Positions 1 to 9,222 of a DNA stretch of 64,000 nucleotides are shown piece after piece. The stretch is from Acholeplasmataceae bacterium (GTDB lineage: Bacteria > Bacillota_I > Bacilli_A > Acholeplasmatales > Acholeplasmataceae): positions 1,376,001 to 1,440,000 of the forward strand of contig OY763415.1 in assembly GCA_963667565.1 (NCBI GenBank), written 5' to 3'. Position numbers and translations under genes: made by a program. Position 1 is the first letter of the stretch, and each line of letters opens with the position of its first letter. The notes below the pieces were generated by a model that was not told the DNA's origin, did no database searches, and saw only the letters and a list, made by a program, of their open reading frames with translations.

Positions 1-880
1 GCATGTCTTCTAAAGGATAACCTTTTCTAGATATGTTATACATTAATACAAACAATGTATAAAAATGAGTATTTTTTGAATATAAATCAACATTTAACTT
101 ATCAAACAAAAATAATTTGTCTAGCATTGTTAAAATCTTTTTTGTTGTTGAAACATCTTCTTCCTTACTGTAGTAATTTAAATTATATTTGTCATAAGCA
201 TCATATAAACCCGCCTGTGTAATAGAGGCTTTGATTCCATCTCTTAAAAATACCAGCAGACCACTGATAAATTCTATGTCTTTCATTCTCTTAATTTCGT
301 TATCAGTAAATATTTTATGTTCTTTCCAAAATTCATATTGAGATATTGCTTCAGCACAATTTCTGAACTCTCCATTATAACTTGCATGTCTTAATTCTTG
401 ATTAGTTAGAGGTTTATTAGTAATGTTTAATCTTATGAAAAGTTTTATAATCTCTTCGTTTGTAACTTCCTGTTTTAACGTAGTAATATCAAGTGTATAA
501 TTCCAGATATAGCGTTTAAATTTATCATCCAATTCACTGAAATATTTGTTGTTATATTCTTCGTTATTTTCAATTAAGTATTTTTTTTCTAAAGCAAATT
601 TATTGTCTAAAAATGCATTTATTGCAGTTAATCTTTGCTGTCCATCAACAATTTTTACAATTGTTTCTCCTGTATTTGGATCTGTAGAATAGTTCCATAA
701 ATATATCTCTGGTATTAAATATCCTAACAATATTGTTTCAATTAATTGAATATCATTTTTTTTATTCCATACATGATTTCTTTGGAACTCATTATCTACA
801 ATTAATAGATTTTTGATATAATTTTCTCTAATTTCCTTTATACTTTTTAATGATGTAATTATATTATCTTTCACTTTCAT
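1..880 (-). CDS. DUF262 (ParB/Srx-like, GmrSD N-terminal) domain protein, 3' end outside window
   Basis: Not in ORF track. Manual translation from ATG at 880: MKVKDNIITSLKS...EFQRNHVW...LIETILLGYLIPEIYLW...IVDGQQRLTAI...LFIRLNITNKPLTNQELRHA. Shows the DUF262 motifs FQR, DGQQR and FxRLN; frame is open to the window edge. Confidence 0.9.
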   Translation of the reverse strand, partial: MKVKDNIITSLKSIKEIRENYIKNLLIVDNEFQRNHVWNKKNDIQLIETILLGYLIPEIYLWNYSTDPNTGETIVKIVDGQQRLTAINAFLDNKFALEKKYLIENNEEYNNKYFSELDDKFKRYIWNYTLDITTLKQEVTNEEIIKLFIRLNITNKPLTNQELRHASYNGEFRNCAEAISQYEFWKEHKIFTDNEIKRMKDIEFISGLLVFLRDGIKASITQAGLYDAYDKYNLNYYSKEEDVSTTKKILTMLDKLFLFDKLNVDLYSKNTHFYTLFVLMYNISRKGYPLEDM

Positions 881-881
881 T

Positions 882-1496
882 TTACGCACCACCTTTGATT
901 ATTTTACTTAATTTTTTTAAATTTAAAATCAAAGTGATTTTGTAATCACTCCAACTTCTATATATCCTGTAACCGATTTCGCTTGGAAAATCATAATCAG
1001 ATTGTAAATCTATTTTATAACTGTTAGTTTCTTCCAACCACTTACTATAAAATTCACTTGCAAGAATTTTATCTGATAATTTCACATCAACAAATCTCTT
1101 AAAAATAGTTTCAAAAGATTTATTAAAAGCGAACTCTCTAAGATCATCTTTCAACATAAAATTGATAAATAAAATTTCCCAAAACTTATTGAATAAATCT
1201 AGACTGATTATTACCATATCAATATCTGACTCTTCATCATAAATTTTGAAATTTTTTCTAGGATTAAGACTAAATCCATACTTCCCACTTCCAATAATTC
1301 CCACTTCTTTAGTTGAAACATGAAACTTTTTTGCAATATAAATTAAAAATTCATTGTATTTATTTGTGGCATTATTCGAAAATTTTTTAGTGAAAAAATA
1401 GTTTTTTTTCTCATTCATTAGTTGATGAGCGATTTTTTCATAATCTTCATTTGAACTGGCTTTTTTTAATTTTATCTTTAATGTATTTACATTCAT
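882..1496 (-). CDS. Putative Pol-beta superfamily nucleotidyltransferase
   Basis: IIGSGKYGFSL...ESDIDMVII fits the hG[GS]...DxD NTase signature with a longer spacer. GAGGGG RBS upstream; stop lies 1 nt from the DUF262 ATG. Confidence 0.75.
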   Translation of the reverse strand: MNVNTLKIKLKKASSNEDYEKIAHQLMNEKKNYFFTKKFSNNATNKYNEFLIYIAKKFHVSTKEVGIIGSGKYGFSLNPRKNFKIYDEESDIDMVIISLDLFNKFWEILFINFMLKDDLREFAFNKSFETIFKRFVDVKLSDKILASEFYSKWLEETNSYKIDLQSDYDFPSEIGYRIYRSWSDYKITLILNLKKLSKIIKGGA

Positions 1497-1593
1497 TTTT
1501 ACCCCTCATTAAAAAATTACTTGAACTATAATATATTAATAAAGTTAAAACTCAGATAATTATATTAGGATATCCAGCGTTAAACTCTAATTT

Positions 1594-2463
1594 TTAATCA
1601 CAAAATTCTTCATCACCTGGATGACACCAATGAGGAATGTTGATTCTCACATCCATTTTGAGTTCATGCTTGGGAATTACAAGTTTATCAATTACTCCAT
1701 CACCGTCTAAAGAACCTAACACATCATGAAAAACAAACCAATCACCAAAAATACTATCGCATTTTGAACATCCAAATGATAGATATGAGTTATCGATTGT
1801 TCCACTATATCGTTTTTTTATTTCTCCCATTTCTAGAAAATTACTCTTTTGAACATATTGTGTAACTACTTTAATAATTTCTGGTTCAAACATGAATTTA
1901 CTATCTTGCCACATTTCAATATCTGCATGTAATATTTTTGCATTACATGGTGAAATCAAATTGCCAACATAATATATGTGATTTAAATGTCCACATTTCC
2001 AACACTTCATTTCTAGAAATCTAATTTCAAGTGCTTGTGTATTCAACGTTTGGCAAAACTTTATTTCATCATTTAAGAAATCTGAGATAAAAGTTTTAAG
2101 TGGGAGTTTTTTTCTATCTTTTAGAGATACAGTTAAATTCTTATCATTGCTAATTTTAAACAAAGGAAGATTTTCAAGTTCGTCTTTTTGTTTTGGTTCT
2201 TTCTCAAACAACCAACATCCAATGATATTGTCTCTTGTATATTTATTTTGTCTTTCTAGTGTTCTATTTAAATTTTGCTTGCTAATTTGCACTTCAAATG
2301 CATATTTTTTCCCATTTGCTAGCACTAAAACATCTGCACGCCAATCTTTGCCTTTGTATTCTTCTCGTACATCATATCCTAATTCATTACAAATTCTTGA
2401 GATTTGATTTTTTATATTATCATGAAAACTACATTCGCTCCATAAAGCATCTTTTTTGATCAT
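1594..2463 (-). CDS. CoiA-like PD-(D/E)XK nuclease with C-terminal Zn-binding domain
   Basis: EEY...WRADVL...YAFEVQIS...ERQNKY...CWLF resembles the CoiA nuclease core; CWKC and CSKC Cys pairs in the C-terminal half. Confidence 0.7.
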   Translation of the reverse strand: MIKKDALWSECSFHDNIKNQISRICNELGYDVREEYKGKDWRADVLVLANGKKYAFEVQISKQNLNRTLERQNKYTRDNIIGCWLFEKEPKQKDELENLPLFKISNDKNLTVSLKDRKKLPLKTFISDFLNDEIKFCQTLNTQALEIRFLEMKCWKCGHLNHIYYVGNLISPCNAKILHADIEMWQDSKFMFEPEIIKVVTQYVQKSNFLEMGEIKKRYSGTIDNSYLSFGCSKCDSIFGDWFVFHDVLGSLDGDGVIDKLVIPKHELKMDVRINIPHWCHPGDEEFCD

Positions 2464-2478
2464 CTAATAATCACACCT

Positions 2479-4050
2479 TTAATATTCATCTTCATAAAAG
2501 ATATTGCTATTTCCTATTAGTTGTTCAATTAAATCTATTCGTTGCAACCATAGTTTTTTATCTTCTTGGACTAATACATCATAAAAATATGAAACTTGAT
2601 CAAATAGTTCAAAGCTTGAATTCTTATTCTTAATCAATTCATTAACATACTCATCAATCACTGCAGAATCAAAATCAAGAGGTTCAATATGCAATTCAAT
2701 ATCACTTGGTAAAATAGTTGTACCTTTAATTTGTAACCAATAAATTAATTCTTTTTTTGCTTTATTAAATCTATTTAAATCTTCAAATAAATCTTTTGTA
2801 TCTGAAGAACAAAATACAATTTGTGCTGCTGATTGAGAATACAACTCATAGACAAATATTTTTAATTCATGAGCTAATTCTCTTATTAAATCATAGTAAA
2901 AGGCCGATAATTCATAAATCGATTTCCCATACTCGTGTTTAACATCAACATCAAGATTATCTTTATTGCAAGATTTAGAAAATTCTTTAAATAATGTTAA
3001 CTCTGGTTGTTTATCATAAGAAGCACTATACCTTGAATACCTTGCTTCATTATAAAATTTTTGGAGAATATTAAGTAAATTTATTGATTTTTTTGATATA
3101 TTATCTGTTTTTCTTTCTTTTGTTATCCAGTTGTGCAAGATAAAATGCTTATGACTATATAAAAGTTTATCTACTTGTTCTCTTTCTATTGAACTAGATT
3201 TCTTTTTATACACTAATAATTGCGCAACAATTTTTTGCAATCTTTCAATCCCTTGAGATGCTTGGTATAGTGTTAAAAAGAGTATTGTTGTATCCAAAGG
3301 AAAATGTTTAATAAATGAGAAATTAAATTTGCTTATATCTTCAATTGATTTCCAAATAAACTCTCCTGCTATTCCAACTTCTTTAACCAATGAGAAATTC
3401 ATTTCTTGTATTCCTCTGTCTGAGTCGTTTTTCCCTGTTTTAATCTCTAAATCATCATAAAGTTTGATGAAACTTGATTTTCTTGTATTTGGTAATTCAG
3501 AATCGTCATCAAAATTAGTATCGAAATTCTCATCAAAATTTACATTATATCTATATTTTTTTGCTAAATCAGAAAAACCAAACCCTTCCTCTTCCATTCG
3601 GAAAACTATTATAGTTTTACTTTCAATTGAAAAATCTCGAATTAAAGATTTCCAAAATTGTTTTCGTGAATCTGTTGATTCGGTATCTATTTGAGACATT
3701 CCTAAATATCCACCTAAATTCTTTTTAAGCCTTTTGTCAATTTGCATTATGATATCACGTTCAACATCTTCAATTATCCAGCAAAATGGCCAATCTTTTA
3801 AGTTTGTATAACTATTTTGTTGTTCAAAATCAATGCTGCAATATTGATTTTTGATAACATATGGACTAATATCTTGATAAGAATCTTTATCTAGTATGTC
3901 GCCTAAAGAAATCACGATTTTTCTTTGATTATTACTAATCTCATTTCCTTCAACTATCTTTTCGAATATTGTTGCACCATAAAAAATATCTTCAATTCTT
4001 CCTGAATCAAAAAATAGCGCAACCATTAAATATTCATCTTCCGAACACAT
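2479..4050 (-). CDS. Hypothetical protein with HEPN-like C-terminal domain
   Basis: FLTLYQASQGIERLQKI...SHKHFIL...LQKFYNEARY matches the HEPN helix pattern (Q..E..LK / H.L / FY...RY). N-terminal ~190 aa unrecognised. AGGGG RBS. Confidence 0.5.
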   Translation of the reverse strand: MCSEDEYLMVALFFDSGRIEDIFYGATIFEKIVEGNEISNNQRKIVISLGDILDKDSYQDISPYVIKNQYCSIDFEQQNSYTNLKDWPFCWIIEDVERDIIMQIDKRLKKNLGGYLGMSQIDTESTDSRKQFWKSLIRDFSIESKTIIVFRMEEEGFGFSDLAKKYRYNVNFDENFDTNFDDDSELPNTRKSSFIKLYDDLEIKTGKNDSDRGIQEMNFSLVKEVGIAGEFIWKSIEDISKFNFSFIKHFPLDTTILFLTLYQASQGIERLQKIVAQLLVYKKKSSSIEREQVDKLLYSHKHFILHNWITKERKTDNISKKSINLLNILQKFYNEARYSRYSASYDKQPELTLFKEFSKSCNKDNLDVDVKHEYGKSIYELSAFYYDLIRELAHELKIFVYELYSQSAAQIVFCSSDTKDLFEDLNRFNKAKKELIYWLQIKGTTILPSDIELHIEPLDFDSAVIDEYVNELIKNKNSSFELFDQVSYFYDVLVQEDKKLWLQRIDLIEQLIGNSNIFYEDEY

Positions 4051-4082
4051 AAGATACCCCCTAATAGTACTAGTTAATTTAA

Positions 4083-4091
4083 TTATAGCAC
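4083..4091 (-). promoter_or_regulatory. Extended -10 promoter (TGCTATAAT) for the island genes
   Basis: Minus strand reads TGCTATAAT about 30 nt upstream of the 4050 start. Confidence 0.55.
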
Positions 4092-4363
4092 CGTTATTCT
4101 AGAAATTCATAAGTCTGAAAAATATTCACCCTGAAGATTAAACCTATGTATATTCTTAGAAATCAAAATTTATTGTAAATGCATAATGCATTTTTACTAT
4201 ACTACGACACATTTTTAATCCACTTATTGAACTTCTATATATAAACTTTTTATGCTAACCATTTACATATCAAAACAATGGCTTTATTAAGATAAAATTA
4301 AACTTTTTTAGTTGGCTTTTTTTCTATACATATGAACTTCTAATAACTTCTCGATTTAATTGC

Positions 4364-4439
4364 TGGTGCCGAAAATAGGACTCGAACCTACGACCTGCTG
4401 ATTACGAGACAGCTGCTCTACCACCTGAGCTATTTCGGC
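4364..4439 (-). tRNA. tRNA-Thr (anticodon CGT)
   Basis: Reverse complement GCCGAAATAGCTCAGGTGGTAGAGCAGCTGTCT-CGT-AATCAGCAGGTCGTAGGTTCGAGTCCTATTTTCGGCACCA folds as a cloverleaf with TTCGA T-loop and encoded CCA. Confidence 0.95.
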
Positions 4440-4442
4440 ACA

Positions 4443-4946
4443 TTAAACTTCATAACTTAAAATATAATCTCTTTTTACAATATCATTAATATTTAATAAG
4501 TTAATCAATTCTAGTTTTTGTTGATCATTTAATACTCTTAAAGGAATGGAGATAAATAAATGATCTTTTTTATATAACTTAATATATTTTTCACTCACTT
4601 CTATTTCTTTAATCTTTTTAATATATCCAATAAGTACACCATCAAGGATTTCAATCGCACCTTGTTTTCTTAAAATCACTTTTGCATATCCTTTATCACA
4701 TACAAATCCTCTTTTCGTATATGAAACTTTAATCAAAGCATACATAAAGCCCATGAAAAGCGTGGTTGCTGCTATGAGCATCAGCACAGATATTTCTAAT
4801 GTGATGGCTAATTCAATCATATTAATCAATAAAATCACGTATATAATAATTGAATTTCTTAATAGATTTTGATTCAAGTATAAATTTGTTGAATTGATTT
4901 TCTTATAATGGATATCTCCATTTAAATGTTTATATAGTATTTCCAT
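4443..4946 (-). CDS. Hypothetical membrane protein (two TM helices plus soluble C-terminus)
   Basis: Two hydrophobic segments; 7 nt downstream of the lipid kinase gene. Confidence 0.55.
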   Translation of the reverse strand: MEILYKHLNGDIHYKKINSTNLYLNQNLLRNSIIIYVILLINMIELAITLEISVLMLIAATTLFMGFMYALIKVSYTKRGFVCDKGYAKVILRKQGAIEILDGVLIGYIKKIKEIEVSEKYIKLYKKDHLFISIPLRVLNDQQKLELINLLNINDIVKRDYILSYEV

Positions 4947-4953
4947 CTTGCAC

Positions 4954-5859
4954 CTACAAATATTTTTTCTTTACTTTTGGACTCATATAAAAATGGATTG
5001 CTTTTGGATGCACCTTAATTTCAATGTTTCCATTCACCGCTTGTTCGCCATCTGTATTCCAGATGACATGATCATAGGTTTTAATTTCATATTTTGATGA
5101 AACAATGTGATAATCTTCTCTAAGTTTCCTTCCGCCTCTAATAAAAGATGATAAAAATCTAAAACGCTTGAATCCTCTTTTTCTTGTAAAGACTCTTAAT
5201 TCAAACAATCCGTCATTTAATTTTGAGTTCGCAAAATTATTTAATCTCATACCACCGACACGGTTACTACATAATCCTAAAACCATCATGCACTCAGTTT
5301 CAAGCTTCCCGTTATCATGTGTAATCTCTACTCTATATCGATAGTCTTTCGCTAAATCTCTCATGCCCTCAAATACATAAGCTAAATACCCATACTTATT
5401 TAAACTTCTTCTTGAAATATCATAACTTATTTTAGATAAGACACCACTTGCTGCTGCATACACGAAATAGCGATCATTCATTTGATTGATATCAATAGGA
5501 TAAGGCGTTTCCTTAAAATACATCTCTAATGCTTTTTTATAGTTTTTAGGAATGCCTAATATCGCAGCAATATCATTTGCAGTTCCACATGGAATAATCG
5601 CGATATTTGGTCTGATATCAGATTTCATCACACCATTGACGACTTCGTTAATGGTCCCATCTCCACCACAAACCAAAAAGACATCATATGATGATGCTTT
5701 TTCAAATGCTTTTCTTTCCAAATCATTTTTTTCTTTTGATTCATATATGTCTAAATGTGCTTCATTTTGTTTAAAGATTTTAATGATTTCTGGTAATTTC
5801 TTCTTAACTGTTGAACGCCCACTTACTGGGTTATACATTAACAAACACTTCATTTTCAA
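4954..5859 (-). CDS. Diacylglycerol/lipid kinase family protein (YegS/BmrU)
   Basis: YNPVSG, GGDGTINEVVNG, IPCGTAND and DGE motifs. Confidence 0.93.
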   Translation of the reverse strand: MKMKCLLMYNPVSGRSTVKKKLPEIIKIFKQNEAHLDIYESKEKNDLERKAFEKASSYDVFLVCGGDGTINEVVNGVMKSDIRPNIAIIPCGTANDIAAILGIPKNYKKALEMYFKETPYPIDINQMNDRYFVYAAASGVLSKISYDISRRSLNKYGYLAYVFEGMRDLAKDYRYRVEITHDNGKLETECMMVLGLCSNRVGGMRLNNFANSKLNDGLFELRVFTRKRGFKRFRFLSSFIRGGRKLREDYHIVSSKYEIKTYDHVIWNTDGEQAVNGNIEIKVHPKAIHFYMSPKVKKKYL

Positions 5860-5905
5860 GTCCCCCTTGTGATATTATTTTATCACATTTATTAACCCCT
5901 TGTTT

Positions 5906-8290
5906 TTATTCTTCATACATCTTCATCGTTTCTGGAAGAGATATGTGATCAAGTTTATTTTTAGCTGCATGAGAACTGACATAAAAAATAAAGAAATAAA
6001 TGATAATACTCAATACCCCGTGCCACCAATAAAATCTCATTGGGAATAACAAGTCATAAAACTTAGCGAAAAATAATTCCATATAATCAAACATCAAAAT
6101 AGACAGTGGTATATTAATCAAGAAAATAAATAAACCATAAAGCATATAACCACCTAAGATCATATGATTAATTTCCCTTTGATTATAGCCTAAAACTTTA
6201 AATAAACTAATATTATAATATTGATCTTCAATCGCCATTGAAGTCAATATATAAATCACAATGATTCCAATAGCAATGCTTGTTCCAATGAAGATACCTA
6301 CAAATGATTGCATGAATACACTCATCGTATCTGCTTGATTGATGATATCATCTACAGAGATGACGACCAAATAATCACTTTCACTAAGTGCGTTTACTGA
6401 ATATATCACATTGTAATAATTCTCATTACTAAAGAACTCATCTCCAGCAACACTTCTATTTAAATAAATCTTATTACCTGTAAATTCATAAGAGATTCCA
6501 ACAACTTTCTCACTAAAAGTCGTATTTCCAAACTCAATCTCCAAAGTATCTCCAACTTTATAACCTCTGGTTAAAGATATTGATTCAGTGATGATGATAC
6601 CATCATCTAATAAATTAGTAATCTCATTGCCTTTTTTATCAAATAAAGGATCTAGGGATGAATTTGAATCAATCCCTGTTAAACTCGCATCATCGCCATT
6701 AACAATTAAACTACCAATTTCGATGACCATTTCTTCTCCAGATTGTAACACATATGTATCATCATAAGTCTTATAACCTATATAGTTATAACTTGTTTGA
6801 TCATAGACATCATAAATCATACGATCAAAAATACCGTTCATACTAAATGTAAATAACACCAAGAAAGCAGCAAAATAAACACCAATCATGAAAATAAGAA
6901 TCTTAACTGGCGATCTTAACAACAACAATTGTTGGAGTTTTGTCGTAATCTTTGTTTTCTTAAGCATTTTAGAAACGCTCTTGGTTAACTTATTAGCATC
7001 ATCTATAACTTCAGGATTTAATAAGACAAGCGGTTCTTGTCTTAATAATCTAATGATAACGATATAGCTTAAACCAACAATAAATGTAAATGGAACAATA
7101 ATGGATATCAATATCGTTTGGAAGTTTTGAACGATATCTTGAGATGGAATTAAATAAAACTCTAAATAGATATCTTTAAGTGGGCTTGCAAGTTCATATC
7201 CAATAAAATACCCCAATACAATTAAAGGTAAACTCATCGCACCAATAATCATTAAATAGGGAAATGCAATTTCTCTATTCTTATATCCAATCGCTTTTAA
7301 TATCCCAATCTGACTTCTTTGTGCATGGATAATCTTTGATACAACAATACCAACAATCATTAACGCAATCGACGAAATCAAAATAGAGATAAACATCGCC
7401 ATGCCTCTACCTGCTGTAATTTCAGTATAAATCGCACCACTTCTCATATTATTAATCGTAAGTGTAATTGAAGTAATATATAAAAACTTACCAGAATCCT
7501 TATATGTATCAATCACATCGGATTTAAACGCTTTTTCTGTATATCCATTTAAATAGATGCCAGCTGCTTCAAATTGGACGGTTTCACCCAAATTTTCAAA
7601 TCCTTGATCACTCATAAGCACAAGTGATTGCGTTTTATTATCAATAATCATTTGTTGACCAAACATAGATAAACTATAATCTGGAAAAAGCACATATCCA
7701 GTGATTGTATAATCAATATCTTTGATGGTGATTGTATCACCAATGGTTAAATTATTTTTGCTAGCAAAAATCTCAGCAACCGCAATCTCATTTACAGTTT
7801 CTGGTTTTCGACCACTAACGATATAACTTTGATTAATATCTTGCATATCTTTTAAAACTCTTACACGATATGCTTGATCATTAAAATTAAAGTATACATC
7901 CTTGCTTTCTCTAATTTCTAGTTCTATATTTGAATATGTATCTGTAATGCTTGTTAATCTTTGATCTAACAATTCGTAATAACTGATTTCATCAATTGAT
8001 TTGACACCACTTAATGTATATGGCCAAAGACTTGGATCTAACGATTGAAAAACGCTGCTATGTGCAGTTAAGTAATCAATGTCATCTTGAAACAATACAT
8101 CAAGCATCGATATTGCAAAATCTTCTTGATGATACGCTTCTAAATATTGATCCGTAGGATCTTGAATACTACCAATCGCGTAGCTCATGGCCGTATAGAT
8201 AAAGCTACTTAGTAAAATAATCACACCTAATAAAATAAGTTGTAAATAACGTTTTTTTAATGTGTTAAATGCATTCTTAAATAACATCAT
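5906..8290 (-). CDS. ABC transporter permease, FtsX/MacB-like with duplicated FtsX domains
   Basis: QIGILKAIGY and ISLFKVLGY motifs, large extracellular domains. ATG overlaps the ATPase stop; start 8290 or 8287. Confidence 0.88.
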   Translation of the reverse strand: MMLFKNAFNTLKKRYLQLILLGVIILLSSFIYTAMSYAIGSIQDPTDQYLEAYHQEDFAISMLDVLFQDDIDYLTAHSSVFQSLDPSLWPYTLSGVKSIDEISYYELLDQRLTSITDTYSNIELEIRESKDVYFNFNDQAYRVRVLKDMQDINQSYIVSGRKPETVNEIAVAEIFASKNNLTIGDTITIKDIDYTITGYVLFPDYSLSMFGQQMIIDNKTQSLVLMSDQGFENLGETVQFEAAGIYLNGYTEKAFKSDVIDTYKDSGKFLYITSITLTINNMRSGAIYTEITAGRGMAMFISILISSIALMIVGIVVSKIIHAQRSQIGILKAIGYKNREIAFPYLMIIGAMSLPLIVLGYFIGYELASPLKDIYLEFYLIPSQDIVQNFQTILISIIVPFTFIVGLSYIVIIRLLRQEPLVLLNPEVIDDANKLTKSVSKMLKKTKITTKLQQLLLLRSPVKILIFMIGVYFAAFLVLFTFSMNGIFDRMIYDVYDQTSYNYIGYKTYDDTYVLQSGEEMVIEIGSLIVNGDDASLTGIDSNSSLDPLFDKKGNEITNLLDDGIIITESISLTRGYKVGDTLEIEFGNTTFSEKVVGISYEFTGNKIYLNRSVAGDEFFSNENYYNVIYSVNALSESDYLVVISVDDIINQADTMSVFMQSFVGIFIGTSIAIGIIVIYILTSMAIEDQYYNISLFKVLGYNQREINHMILGGYMLYGLFIFLINIPLSILMFDYMELFFAKFYDLLFPMRFYWWHGVLSIIIYFFIFYVSSHAAKNKLDHISLPETMKMYEE

Positions 8291-8991
8291 TAACTCCAAA
8301 TGATCTCTGATGCACGTTTCTTTTCTTTATTGGTCTTAATATCTACAATTTGACCATTATTAAGTTTAACGACGCGATCAGCCATGACTGATATATTGGG
8401 GTTGTGTGTGATAAGTACTAATGTAGTTCCATATGTTTCATTCATGTGTTGTAAAACACCTAAAACGCCTTTAGCATTTTCTTCATCTAAAGCACCTGTA
8501 GGTTCATCACAAAACATAATTTTTGGATTTTTAACGATTGCTCTAGCAATAGAGACTCTTTGTTGTTCCCCACCAGATAATTGATAAGGATACTTGTCTA
8601 TCATTTTTAATAATCCTACTTGATCAACGACTTCTTCAGTTAAAAGCGGATTAAGACTGATTTCTCTACCAACTTCAACATTTTCTCTTACTGATAAAGA
8701 TTGTAATAAATTATATCTTTGGAAAATAAATCCAATATTTTTTCTTCTAAATAACGTTAATGCTTTTGTGTCCATTTGGCTGATGACTTCATCACCAATT
8801 GTGATGATACCATCAGTTGGAGCATCCAATCCACTGCACACATTTAAAAGTGTTGATTTACCACTCCCAGAAGGACCTAGTAACACAATCACTTCTCCAT
8901 CTTTAATCTCTAAATCTACTTGATCTAATGCTTTTGTTTCTACTACACCTGTTGTATAAATCTTTGTCACTTGTTTGAGTGAAATTGCCAT
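8290..8991 (-). CDS. ABC transporter ATP-binding protein (LolD/MacB-like)
   Basis: GPSGSGKST, LSGGEQQRV, DEPTGALD and ITH motifs. Confidence 0.95.
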   Translation of the reverse strand: MAISLKQVTKIYTTGVVETKALDQVDLEIKDGEVIVLLGPSGSGKSTLLNVCSGLDAPTDGIITIGDEVISQMDTKALTLFRRKNIGFIFQRYNLLQSLSVRENVEVGREISLNPLLTEEVVDQVGLLKMIDKYPYQLSGGEQQRVSIARAIVKNPKIMFCDEPTGALDEENAKGVLGVLQHMNETYGTTLVLITHNPNISVMADRVVKLNNGQIVDIKTNKEKKRASEIIWS

Positions 8992-9127
8992 AAGAGATTA
9001 CACCTTCTTTTTTCATATACATATCTATTATACCCCTCTTATAAAAAAATAAAAAGTATACTAAAAAGGACTAAAATATACTTTTCATTTTTAATGATTA
9101 ATTTTTAATAAAAAACAAAGAAAATTA

Positions 9128-9222
9128 GGAAAACATAGTGGAAATATTATGCGTTAGCATAAATTCCCCACCCTCAAACTATGAAAAACCCCAAGCTTTA
9201 TATAGCAGACACCATGCTTTCC
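9128..9222 (-). ncRNA. Candidate structured small RNA or leader (three-way junction), family unknown
   Basis: 13-bp closing stem GGAAAGCATGGTG/CACTATGTTTTCC (two G-U pairs on the minus strand) enclosing two hairpins. TATAAT at 9231-9236 just upstream, U-rich tract downstream. Confidence 0.5.

Larger units (their letters stand above)
1..4363. mobile_element. Probable genomic/defence island next to the 3' end of tRNA-Thr; left boundary outside window
   Basis: Visibly more AT-rich than the flanking core (not computed). All four genes are non-housekeeping with nuclease/NTase/DUF262 motifs and abut the tRNA CCA end. No integrase in window. Confidence 0.6.

Noticed and set aside
882..1496. CBASS CD-NTase call for the nucleotidyltransferase
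   Set aside because: At 204 aa it is too short for the two-lobed CD-NTase, and no Cap effector or Cap2/3 genes are visible.
1594..2463. True competence gene coiA
   Set aside because: Only the nuclease core is similar; it sits in an island without com genes and has a different C-terminal domain.
9128..9222. Identity as SRP RNA, 6S RNA or a c-di-GMP/c-di-AMP riboswitch
   Set aside because: Lacks the SRP CAGG-GNRA-AGCA domain, the 6S length and central bubble, and the GEMM or ydaO conserved nucleotides.
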